DNA of 64,000 bases, from the NCBI GenBank assembly GCA_013265495.1, contig MU058289.1:310001-374000 (forward strand). Reading direction: 5' to 3'. This stretch comes from Vicugna vicugna (lineage: Eukaryota). The translations under genes and the position numbers were made by a program. Below are positions 44,201 through 55,400 of this stretch, piece after piece. Below the pieces are notes generated by a model. That model had not been told where the DNA came from, did not search any database, and worked only from the letters and a program-made list of their open reading frames with translations. Each line of letters opens with the position of its first letter. The stretch's first letter is position 1.

Positions 44201-46980
44201 GGAGCACCCATCTCGAGGGCAGTGGGAGGAACCAGTGCAGTACGTGAAGTCTGGAGGTGGCACCTGGCCTACAGCAAGCTGAGAAAGCCTTTGCCGGTCT
44301 TCCTACGTTTCCACATCAGTGTCCCGAGTGCCCTTGTTCCTTTACAGCTGCGTGCACGCCACTATCCTCTGGGTGTTCGTTTAGCCATTCCCCCACTGTC
44401 AGTCATCTGGGTTGTTGCTAACCCTGTTCTGTAGACGATGCTGCAGTGAATGACCTCAGGTAAATGTCATCCCGAGTGATGGGGCCCTTTGCTGTGAGAC
44501 TGGTGCCGAAGGCTCTCTGTCCACCCTCATCTCACTCCATCCTCACAACAACGCTGTTAGGTGAACTTGCGTTGTTAAAGAGAAGAAACATTATAGGGTT
44601 ATTTGTTCCAGTCCTATGAAAAATGTCCTGGGTAATTTGATAGGGATCACATGAAATCTGTAGATTGCTTTGGATAATATGGCCATGTTAACACTATCAA
44701 TTCTTCCGATCCAAGAGCATGGAATATCTTTCCATTTCCTTAGATCATCTTTACTTTCCTTAATCAATGTTTTGTAGTTCTCCACGTATAGAAAACAAAC
44801 TTATGGTTATCAGCTGGGAAAGGAGGTGAGAAGGGGTAAATTGGGAGTTCGAGATTTGCAGATTCTAACTACTATATATAAAATAGATAAACAACAAGTT
44901 TCTACTGTATAGCACAGGGAACTATATTCAGTATCCTGTTGTAACCTATAATGAAAAAGAATATGAAAAGAAACATATGTATGTATATGTATGACTGAAA
45001 CATTATGCTGTACACCAGAAACTGACATAACATTGTAAATTGAATATATTTCAATTTTAAAAAAAGTTTAAAAAAAGAGAGAGAAGAAAAAGGCCCAGAG
45101 AGGGGATGTCCCTCACAGCTGAGGAAGGTGGGGTGCCAGCACTTCCCGACTCTGGGGTCCCTGCTCTGAGGCACCCCACTTCCCTAGGACAGAAACTCCT
45201 GGTCCTTGGTGCCTAACCCTCACGTGCCAGGTGCTATAAGCTGAATGGAACATCTCCTTCCAGTTACAGCCGCTGTCTGGAGCTGATGCTGACCCATGTG
45301 TCCCATCGTGGCCCCATGTGCCACCTCATGGTGGCCTCCCACAATGAGGATTCTGTTCGCCAGGCAACCAAGCGGTATGAAGTGGGGGAATGGGAAATAG
45401 GTGCCCAAAGGGTAGTGGACGTGGAACAAAGGGAGGAGCAATGTGGGCCAGTAGGTCCAAAGGGGACCTTGGGAGAATATTCAAATTACTTAACCCCTGC
45501 TACACCTGTAGGTCCCATAGGCCCCAGCTGAACAAGGCATTGCTCCTTATTTGCTGGGGCCTGGGAGGTCTGAGGCTTCCAGGGAAGGAGCTGGGACTCA
45601 CTGGGGAGCTTTCAGGAGGCCCCAGGGCAGTGGTTATTATCAGTGAGTTTGGAAGTATGTCAGTATTTGAATGCCTGGAACAGCCATGTGAGTACAAAGT
45701 GGCTGATTTCCAGCTCCAGATCCGGTCAATGTCTGGATTGATGATGTGGCTTTTTCTGTAGCATATGGGAGCTTGGCATTCCTCTGGATGGGCCTGTTTG
45801 TTTTGGACAACTTCTGGGGATGTGTGACCACGTCTCCTTGGCACTAGGTATGTGAATGATCCATCCCCCCACCCCCAGCCCCAGGCCTTACTCTCTCCCA
45901 GCCAGACCCCCTCTCCCATTCCCAGACAACGCCTGGCCAGGCTCCCATGCAGAGCCTGCAGCCGGCCCAGCTGCCAGACCCTTCCAGATAGATCTGTCCC
46001 ATATCTGAAGGCCTTGCAGGCCTGTATCTCTGTGTCTGCAATTTGTTGTTTTTGTCGGTCTTTGGTCATGGTATCTTGTTTCCTGTGAGATCTTTACTGT
46101 CTTGCTCCTCAGGGCCTGAGACCAGAAGATGTATGTTTTCTTCTGCCAGGTGCTAAGGGGTACAAAACCACTGCACCCTAAATTCACTGCTCGAGGTTTC
46201 TTGAGAGATCTCAGAGATGCAAATTTGGGCTGCAAATATGTTAGGGGACTAACCCATGGCCACAGGCTCTCAGAGATGGATTTTTCCGTTTTCTTCCTTG
46301 CTCTACTTACGGTCAAGGCCATTCTCTGGGAGTGGGGGAAAGTGGGAGTGTTGACTTCTTGTTAACTCTTACTCTGAAGGTCTTGATGTTTGGGTTCCAA
46401 CTTAATTTGGGGAAATTCTCCTTTATAATTCTCACTCTGGTCAGGCTTTGGGCCTTCATTCCTGTACCCTCTCAACTTTGAAGTCATCGAATAGCAGCTC
46501 AATTTTATCTTCAGGGTAGAAATGCCTCTGGTGTATCCCTTCCTTCTCTCGGTCCCCATTTTCTCTTAATTCTTGGATTAGTATAAATTCCTTATTCACT
46601 TGGCAGCATTTTAATAACTTGGAGAAGATTTTTTAAAATGTCTACTCCAAGATTTTTAGTTTTTTTTAGTGGGAAATTTTGTCCAATACATCTAGTCTGC
46701 CATTTTCTCAGACATGGAAGTCTTTGTTCCATGTAGGGCCTGGGGGAGCCTCTCCTCAAACATGAGCCCTTACCCTGCCAATACTCTCCCTCCAGGGCAG
46801 GCCGGCTATGCCGTGTACAAGTCCATCCCCTATGGCTCCCTGGAGGAGGTGATTCCCTACCTGATCCGGAGGGCCCAGGAGAACCGAAGTGTGCTGCAGG
46901 GCGCCCGCAGGGAACAGGAGCTGCTCAGCCAAGAACTTCGGCGGAGGCTTCTGGGGCGGGGCCTGAGGGCATCCCATTAG
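35207..46980 (+). CDS. PRODH2: Hydroxyproline dehydrogenase (proline dehydrogenase 2), 10 coding exons, 460 aa
   Basis: Exons 35207-35380, 35457-35653, 35744-35882, 35962-36048, 40856-40936, 41016-41171, 41250-41416, 45264-45374, 45762-45847, 46796-46980; sum 1383 nt in frame. Motifs [37 protein letters not shown]...[10 protein letters not shown]. Confidence 0.97.
36655..36790 (-). mobile_element. tRNA-derived SINE (Vic-1-like), minus strand
   Basis: Reverse complement of SINE head (ggaggtgctggggactgaatcc...ctctaccactgagctccacccccc) preceded by T-rich tail. Confidence 0.8.
37130..37835 (-). mobile_element. L1 3' end (ORF2 C-terminus and 3'UTR)
   Basis: ORF 37580-37828 [26 protein letters not shown]...[14 protein letters not shown] is the L1 ORF2 C-terminus; artiodactyl-type 3'UTR and poly-T follow on the + strand. 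Confidence 0.92.
40092..40308 (-). mobile_element. Short 5'-truncated L1 3' end inserted in a MIR
   Basis: Poly-T then L1 3'UTR; TSD ttctaagcactttct at 40077-40091 and 40309-40323. Confidence 0.85.
42690..43355 (-). mobile_element. L1MB-like 3' end
   Basis: gagatataactcacataccataaaattt...cagttgatggacatttggattgtttccac...gagggttcctatttctccacaccctctccag. Confidence 0.8.
44589..45079. mobile_element. 5'-inverted (twin-primed) L1 insertion inside a MIR
   Basis: 44591-44785 is L1 ORF2 on the minus strand ([28 protein letters not shown]...), 44790-45079 is L1 3'UTR + polyA on the plus strand; TSD agagaagaaa at 44579-44588 and 45080-45089. Confidence 0.85.
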
Positions 46981-47002
46981 CACCCCCAGGGGTCACATGG
47001 TC

Positions 47003-47008
47003 AATAAA
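47003..47008 (+). terminator. PRODH2 polyadenylation signal
   Basis: AATAAA 22 nt after the stop codon. Confidence 0.8.
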
Positions 47009-48399
47009 GGTCCTGAGTTGCTGCCCAGAGGGCTGCCTTGCACTGAAGCCGTCTTCGTGGAGAAGGGCTAATCTTCACCTTGGCCAGCCCAAGCTAGGGG
47101 GCTCTGCAGCTCAAGAGAGAGCTTTAGCTGACCCTAGAAGATGGCAAGGGCATTAATCAAAGACTAGTGAAGGCTCCCCCTGAGCCCTGAGGTAGCCTGT
47201 CCTGAGAAGGGCCTGTGGTCAGCTCTATTCAGCCAGTTAGTGGCTGATGTGAGAACTTCTTTCACTCCAAGTGAAGAGCATAGTTTATTAAACAGCAGAC
47301 ACTGAGGCACTGAAGTCAAGAGGCAAGGCTAAGGTCACACCTCCAGGGAGGGACAGAGAGAAGAACCAAACCACTTTATTATTTAATAAGCATTTACTGA
47401 AGCCCCTTTTGAGGTGAACAATGCTGAGGACACAACAGAGGTAAAGACAACCCCAGGCCCAGCCTCATAGGGCTCTTGGTCCAGTAGGGGGAGACAGGCC
47501 CATTTTCAGACGGTGACAGCCAGGGTGGACAGGCCTGTGATGGGGAGGGGAGCCCAGGTGGAATATCAGGGCAATGCTGGGGAAAGCCTGGAGGCTGTGG
47601 GAGGCCAGAGGAGACACCTGGTGACCAAGAGGGCTTCCCAGAGAATTCATAAGAAGAACCAAGTGAATACTGAGAAGAGCATTCAAAGGAAATGGCATGT
47701 GTATAAACAGAGAAGCAGGAAACAGACTGCAGAGTGGGGAGACAAGGATGGAGGGTGGCAGGGCCAGATGATGTCGTCTTAGATGCCACACTGCAGAGCC
47801 TGGACTCTGTCCCAAGGGCACTGGGGTGCCAGGAGGGTTTGAAGTGGAGGAGGGACAGAGTCAGGTTGCACTTTAGGAAGAGTCTGCTGGCTGCCATGTG
47901 GGGGATGGACCCTGAGCTCTCTGTGTGAGAGCCCAGAGGAAGCTGCCTAGGGAATCCTGGCAGCTGGGTGGAGCTGGGCAGGCTGTGGGGAAGGAAGGAG
48001 GGGGCTGGTGGAAAGAACAATCAGGAGGCTGAGTGGAAGGGCCATGGAGCCGACAGGCTGGATTTGAGGGAGACATTCAGGGAAAGGTCAGGGCTCTGGC
48101 TTAAAGAGGGGGCAGTGGGGACAACTCTGAGACGGGGTTCTGGGGGGAAGTGCAGTTTGGGGGAGATTCTAAGGTTAATGTGGGACCCGGTGGGTGTGAG
48201 GCTCCCGGGAAACATCCAGGGGGAGGTGTCCAGGGCACTGTGAGGCCCCAGATGTGGGGCAAAGAAGAGAGCCTGGGGCAGGGGAAAAGGGAGAGAAAGC
48301 CTGTGTGGGTGGGTGAGGAGCGTGGGAAGACAGCCAAGGACAGGGATCAGGAAGGACCCACAAGAAGGTGGTAACATGCAGGGTGCAGCCAACAGTTAC

Positions 48400-48720
48400 A
48401 GCAGTGGACGTTGCTGTCTCTTCTACCGGATCACCTCGAGACCGGAAGAGCAGCGCTCACGGAAAAAGGCTACTGCGCAAGTGCAAAGGTGGCAGGCGAC
48501 CACTGATGCGCATGCGCTAAGGATTCCCGCCCAAACTGCCAGAAGTAGTGCGTGGCATTATGTAGTGGTCACGTGGTGATCACTGTAGGAGGCCAACGGT
48601 AGGTGTAAAGCCGCGTGGACTGGGCCCTCAGCTCTCCACCAGACCCCTTCCCCAGCGCGCAGATCCCGCCCTCAGGCGCCTCCTCCCTCATACTCCTCCC
48701 TTCCTTCGGCTCCTGCGCCC
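48400..48720 (+). promoter_or_regulatory. CpG-rich promoter / putative non-coding first exon of the TEX14-like gene
   Basis: CCGGAAG (ETS) 48442-48448, TGCGCATGCGC (NRF1) 48507-48517, TTCCCGCC (E2F6-type) 48524-48531, AACTGCCA (MYB) 48534-48541, CACGTG 48570-48575, CCAACGG (MYB) 48593-48599, candidate donor ACG/GTAGGT at 48598/48599; acceptor at 49360 upstream of the ATG. Confidence 0.65.
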
Positions 48721-49445
48721 TCTGACACCACGTCTTTATCAGGCCCTGTCAGCATCCAGCTCGCCCTCTCTGCTGCCCACAGGTACAGCCCTCAGACCCC
48801 TTCCTTACTTCTGTCCCCTCTCCTAGCCCGTAGACCCCTCCGCAGCACATAGATGCTTCCCTAAACCTCAGTCCACGCCCCCAACCCTCCTACCCTCTCC
48901 CAGCTCACAGACCCAGCCACTGCCCTCAGATCCCTCCCCCGGGCTCTTTCCGCAGCCGGAAGACCCTGCCCTCAGACTGTCGTCCTCCCTTGGACATTTC
49001 TCTCTCACAGCCCGTAGACCCCACCCCCTCTCTGGTCCTAACCCTCAGGCCCCTCTTCCTCCAGCCACTAGGTAGTCTTCAGACCCTCTTCCTAAGGCCT
49101 CAGACTCCTTTCCTTGGCCCAAATCCTGTCCCTTTAGCCCTTACACAGACCCCATCTCCCAGATAGAGCACCTAGCCCTCAGATTTCCTTAGATCCTCTT
49201 CATTCTCAGACTCCCTTAGATTCCTGACCTTGTAGCTCTCTCAGAGCCCACCTTTTTTCTCATTCAGACGTTTCTCTCCAAATAAGACCCCTCCTGAATC
49301 ACCTTCCTTTCTCAGACTGTCCTCCAGGACTCCCCACCAGTCTGTCTTTATTGTCCCCAGAGGCCTAGTCCATCACTTCCTCCTGCCCTCATGAGAACCC
49401 CTAGCTGATCCCTGGCCAGAAGCTGACTGAATCTGGAGCCCACAG

Positions 49446-52400
49446 ATGTCCTCGCTGCGTTCTCGCTTACCTGTGGAGCTGGGCTCCGTTAGGGATCCAG
49501 AAGGCCAGGTGGGCCGTCTGCATCGCCTTGCTGTGGCTGGGGGCCCAAGCTGGGGTCTTACCCGGCTTCTGCAGAGAGGTGAGGGTCTGGCTACCGGAAA
49601 TGCCGGGCAAGGGGTTGAGGGGGGCAGCAAGATCAAGGGGTGGTATGGAGGGTGGGACTTCAGTCAGCCAGTCAACAGTTGTGTTGACACAACTGTGTTG
49701 ACACAATAGGTGTGTGTGCTAAGGCTCTGTTGTTTGTGATGGGGATTTAGGGGTGAACATGACCTTCTGGGTCATTGTGAATGTAATCTATTATGGGAAT
49801 TTAAGATGAGGTAGATACACTGGAAAGGATAGCTCTTTGGATAAGGTGATATTTGAGTCCAACAATTTAAGAGCCAGTCATGCAAAAAGCTAGGGGAAGC
49901 ACACTTCAGAAAGATGGAATAACCATTGCAAAGGCCTTGAAGTCAAAACAAACTGGGTATATGTAAGTAACAGCAGGGAGCAAGGGACTCAGTGAGAGAA
50001 CTGAAGCTGATGGTTTTGGAAGGGGTGTGTGTGCATTTTGTTGGATTTTGTTCTGTGTGTAATTGGAGACCATTGGAGTTGTGGGCAGGAAATTAACACT
50101 ATCCAGTTTACAATTTCTGTTTTTCATTGATTTATGTAAGTTGGTTGTGTATCTGGTCACTTTCTGAACTTGCTTAACAGTTGTAATTGTATGTTGATCC
50201 TTTCACTTTTTTGTTATCAGCAGATGGTGACAGTTTGGTCTCAGCTATTCAGTCTTTAAATTCTAATTTCTTTTTCCTGTCATAAGCTGTTGTCCAGAAC
50301 TCCCAAACTTTGTTGTCAATGGACATTTCTTTCTCTGTTGTTATTAGAGAGATGAGTCTGTGTTTCTGCATTAGGTACCATGCTTGCTCTTGGGTATTGG
50401 TTTATAATTTTTATGAAGTAAGGAAGTTCCCATTTATTCTTAGTTTTCTGAGGGTTTTTTTTTATCATAAGTAGGTATTGAATTTTATCAAATGTCTTTT
50501 CTGTATCTACTTAATTAAACATGATTTTTATCCTTTAATCCTTGAATGTGTTTTGTTATGTTGACAGATTTTCTTTTGTTAAATCATCCTTGCATTCTGG
50601 GAATAAATCAATTGGGTTACTGCTTTTCTTTTTAGGGGCTTTTTATATATGATCATAAACGGAATTGATGTATAATTTCACTTCTCATTCTGAAAACTCT
50701 CATCTGGTTTTGGAGTTAAGGTCACACTAGCCTCATAAAATGAGCCTTGCCCTCTTTTTCTGTTTTTCTTTTTTGGAATAACTTGTATACGATTATCTAT
50801 ACATGAAATGAAGTGATTATTGTAAAGATTGTATATATCCTGAAATGATTTGTATTTTAAGATGCTCCCTCTGCAGGGTAAGACAAATGTAGAAAATCAG
50901 TTAGGATGCCATTGCAAAAGATGGTAGGCTACTGAGTGAAATAGGATATAGTAAATGTGATTTTCAGAGGTTCCTGAAAGACTGTATTTGGAGGGATTTT
51001 TATGGCAGAGACCAAGCTGGGTTGGTCCAAGTGCATGACTGATTAGCTGTCTCCCAATTACATAGGAATGCAAGGAAAAAGACACCATGCACTTGCCCTC
51101 CCTGGGTATGTGGGATCTGGTCTGAAATAAGAACTCAGGGATGATGGATGCAAAGAAACAGGACTTGGGGCACGATGAGTGTGGAGATGAGGGGTTGGGA
51201 GGAGGGATCTGAGCAGGATGATGGAGGCGAGGGGATTGGCAAGGGCATGGAGGCTGAATCCAGAGGAGTTTACTGCCTTGTGCAGTGTTCAGAAATAAAC
51301 TTGAGAGATTTCCTGATAAAATCCAGAGAGTTTGGTGGAGGGGTTGGTATGGCTCTGTGGTAGAGCGCATGCCTATCATGCACAAAGCCCTGGATTCAAT
51401 CCCCAGTACCTCCATTAAAAAAAAATTCAGAGAGTTTGCTGATCTTAAATTTGATGCTAGCCACATGGGAGCTGTACGTACACTGAATTAGAGCTGGGTG
51501 GAGCCTGCCTGCCCTAGACAGTGCACGAGGCTCCTGTAAGCCCAAGTGCCCATGAAGTCCACTTCCTCCTGGCCCCTGGGTACCTTCGTGTGACTGACAG
51601 CTCTGGGATCGGGGATAGATATTGGCAAAGCAGGTGGATGTCACCTTGTTCCAGTTCTGTGGACTTAGTGGTGGGCACTGTGTTGAGATGGATTCTGAGG
51701 CTGGAACTGGAAGGCGGGGGTTCTGGGACATAGAGACGGAACCTGGCGTCAAGGATCACCCAGTCAAGCAGGGACTGTAGGGGCTGGGAACTGGGAAAGG
51801 TGTTTCCAGGACCTCTGCCCCCAGAGTAAGGGGCAGAGACAGTCCTAAACCTTGCTGCCCCTCAGTTGTCCAGGTAGATGGTGAGAACTCTGCTGGGCAG
51901 ACGGCGCTCTTCCTCTCTGCGCTGCTGGGCCACAGCTCTGCTGTGCGGCTCCTGCTGGCCTTTGGTGCCAACCCCAACCAGTGAGTGGACAGGTGGTGAT
52001 GCCCCCACACTCCCAGGGCCCTGAGTCTGAGCCCCAGAGAGCCTGAGATCCAGGGCTCTCTTCCCCAGAGGTCTCATTCCTTCAGACCCCCTTCCATCCC
52101 CTGATGCCCCTCCCATCCCTGTGACTACCCCCAACTTTGTTCACTCAGTTAACCCCTTCTTGTCCTCCAGTGTCTATTCCCATTCTTCCGGTGCCCCATG
52201 CTCTCAGCGATCTCTCGTCCTCTCAAAGACTCCACTGTGTCCCCAAGTGACCCCCATCCTGATATCCACCTCCCATGATCATGGTGACCCCTTTATCCCT
52301 CAGTGCTCCCATCCTGCCACCTCTTGTCCCCCGTCCTGTCCCCTTCCTAGTCCATTCCTGCTCTCATTGTTCTGTTGTAGCCGCTGCCTCGATGGCAGCA

Positions 52401-55400
52401 CACCCGTGCATGCGGGCGCCTTCTCCGGCCGCAGCCTGGTTATGCTGCACCTGCTGCAGGCAGGGGGTGACCTGCGTCTGCATGACCAGCAGGGTCACAC
52501 CCCGTGGGACTGGGCAGAGCAGGGTGGTGCCAAGCAGAGCTGTGAGGTGAGCCACAGCCAGGGTGGGGTGAGGGCATCAGGGCCAGCACCCCCACCCTGC
52601 CTCACCCCACACACACCCCATCCAGATGCGGGAGCTGTTACAGCTCTGCCGGGCCAACATATCAGCACTAGTACACGGCAGTGAGTTGGCACCCACTGCA
52701 TCCGTGGACCAGTTGCAGGCCGGCTCTGGACACAGCCTGTGTGGTGGTTCCCTGTTCTTTCTGCGGCTGGTGCAAGCGGACAGGTAACAGTCCACACCCT
52801 GAGGCCTGCCCACCCACTGCTCCCAGCTACTCCAGACTTACTCTCGGACTGCCCTTTACCCCAGGGCACCATGGCCAGAGCAGATCAGGAGATCCCCCCA
52901 AATTCCAGCCTCAGGGTTCGGCCAGGTAAGAGGGGGATGTTGAGGGGAGCAAGGACCACCTGTCCTCTTTGTGCCTCATGGTCTCGCTCCCCATCCCCAG
53001 CTGAGCAGCCTGTGGCCACTGGGGCTGGTAACAGGCATACCCCTCGCAGACCCCAAGGAGCTACTGCCAGCCCAGGACGAGCCTGACCGCACCTATGAGA
53101 GCAGCTCCCACACCCTCATGGCCAAGTGAGAGATCGCCCCCTCCCACACCCCTGCCTGGCTGTCCAGCAGAGCTCTTGGGAGAGTCCAGCTCTCCTGCTC
53201 CCCTCACAGGGACACCCCGTGGCTCAGACCTACACTCTCTCACCTTCCCCATTTTTCCAGCCTCCTGTGGAGGGGCCACCCTGTGACCGTGCGGCAGCTG
53301 AAGGCACCTGGAACCCAGCCTGACGTGCTGCTGGCTGACCTTCAGCACTGCAGGTATGTCCCCCCGAGCCTTCCCTCCGGGCCAGCCCAGGCCCGCAGGC
53401 CAGTCTGCTGCCTGCCCTCCTGACTCAAGTGTGTCATAAACAGAAGCCCAGGGACTGTGGCAGTGGCCTTGTTTACAGGCTTCCCCTGTGGGCCAGTACT
53501 TGGCATGGAGCCCTCCTACTGGAGTGACTACCCCACCACTGGAAGGTGGGCACCTAGTTCCGTGTGCGGCCTTGTAGGCCTCAGAGAGGAGGTGGGTGTA
53601 GGGAGGGGTACCAGGGACAGGGTGTAAACTGGTTGCTGCCTCTGCCACCGCCAGGCTGTGTGAGCCTGGGTCTCGGTTTCTCCTCTGTCTCGTGGCTGAG
53701 GCGGATCGTCAGTCCCTGGCGTCAGTCTCTGTGCCCAAGAGCAGCCCCCACCCCGTGTGGGTTAGGGCCCCCTCGTGAGTGGCCTGCTCTCCTCCTGCCC
53801 AGCACCCTGCACCACCCCAGCCTGTTGCTGCTGATGGCATTGAGCCCCTCGGCGGACCTGTCGGGGCTGTGCCTTCTCTTCGAACCCGTGTGGCTGGGCT
53901 CCCTGCATGTGGTGCTGCACCCACAGGGACCGAGAGCGGCAGGGCCCCGCGGGGCACCCCGCCCTGTGCCAGGCCTGCTGCCCGGCCGCCTGCTGCTGCA
54001 GGTGCTGGAGGCCCTGCTGTTCCTGCAGGCCCGCTGGCGTGCTCACGGCGGCCTCAGCTCCCATGCCGTGCAGCTGGTGCGGCCAGGCCTGGCCAAGGTG
54101 GGCAGCCTGGAACACGGGCGCTCGCTGCATCAACGCTGGGTGAGGCCCAGGTGAGTGCCTGCCTCACTTGCCTGCCTGTGTCCCTGCCCAGAGGCCACTG
54201 GCTCACCAGGTGCCTCGGCCTCCACAGGCCACAGCAGGGCTACCCCTGGGGAGGCCCAGGCCCAGGACTGCCCCCACCTCCCGAACTGTATCCATGGCTG
54301 CCACTTGAGCTCATCTGTGGTGACACGCCTGCCGCCACCTCAGACCTCTACAGCTTCTGCATCCTGGCCCAGGAGGTCTTCACTGGTCAGTGAGTGACCC
54401 TGCTCCCCGCCCCCCTGCAGCTCCCACCCGTTTCGGTCCTCCAGTCATGCTTCCTTACAGGAGAGCTGCCCTGGGCTGGACGAGAGGGACCTGAGGTGAA
54501 GGCCAAACTGGAGGCAGGTGAGAGCCCGGCCCTGGACCCGCTGGTGCCAGCCCCCTACCAGGCCCTGGTTCGGGCTGGGCTGGGCCTAGGGCCTGCCGAC
54601 CGCCGGGGCAGCCTGCAGAGTACACGATACCTGCTGCGGGAGGCCATGGCCCAGGTATGGGACTGGCAGGCAGAGGAGGGTGGCAGCCACGGAACGTCAG
54701 GCAGGCCCACGTCCCACACCCAGCCTCCTCCCCACAGGACTCGGCTCCCGAGGTGAGCTCCCCGGTGGACTGGACCACACTGTGCCCTTCACGCCAGGGT
54801 TTCCCACCAGGTTAGAGGGCAAGGGGGGATGGTAGCAGGTGCTGAGCACAGCTCGGCTGTGCCCCCGCCCCATTCCAACCACCTGGTCTGTCCCCCCCAG
54901 AGACACTGTACCCTGATGTGGCTCCCAGAGCCAACACTACACCCAGGCCTGTGCCCCCCGTGATGTCCCTAGGCCCCTCCCCACCCCAGGTAGGAGCCAG
55001 GACAGGCATGTGGAGGATCAAGGGAGCTGCAGGGCACCTGGGCCACCCACGCCAGCTCTCTGTCATTGCTCTTTGCAGGTCATGGGCCACAGCAGAGTCC
55101 AGAGTGGTGCAGCCTGGAATTCAGGCAGCAGCCTGACTCTAGGCAGCAGCCCAAGTCCCAACCCTAGCCTCTGCCCAGGCCACAGCCCCACGGCTAGGGT
55201 CAGCCTGCACCGCTGCCTGGAGCCCAGATCCACAGTATGGATACTCTGAGCCCCGCATGACTGTCCATTCACTTACCTGTGATCCCTCTCCCCAGTTGTC
55301 ACCAACCCCAATTTCCCTGGCTACCTCTTCTCTGACCAGGGAGCCCCTGTCATCCCCAACTGTCCCCTCACTGATCTGTGACCCCCGACTGACCCTGCTT

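Noticed and set aside
45500..46700. Minus-strand ORFs in PRODH2 intron 9
   Set aside because: Resemble decayed ancient L1 ORF1/inter-ORF sequence plus antisense of PRODH2 exon 9; no coherent gene.
49391..49408. Short uORF (MRTPS*) upstream of the TEX14-like ATG
   Set aside because: Depends on an unverified 5'UTR exon; such uORFs arise commonly by chance.
54265..54292. GLPPPPELY as a GPPX3Y motif
   Set aside because: Lies in the activation/P+1 segment of the kinase fold (equivalent to TEX14 PLPTQLY) and lacks the Gly directly before PP.
49446..55234. Calling this gene TEX14 itself or a TEX14 processed pseudogene
   Set aside because: Wrong synteny, substantial divergence and much shorter tail for TEX14; retained introns and an intact frame exclude a retrocopy.
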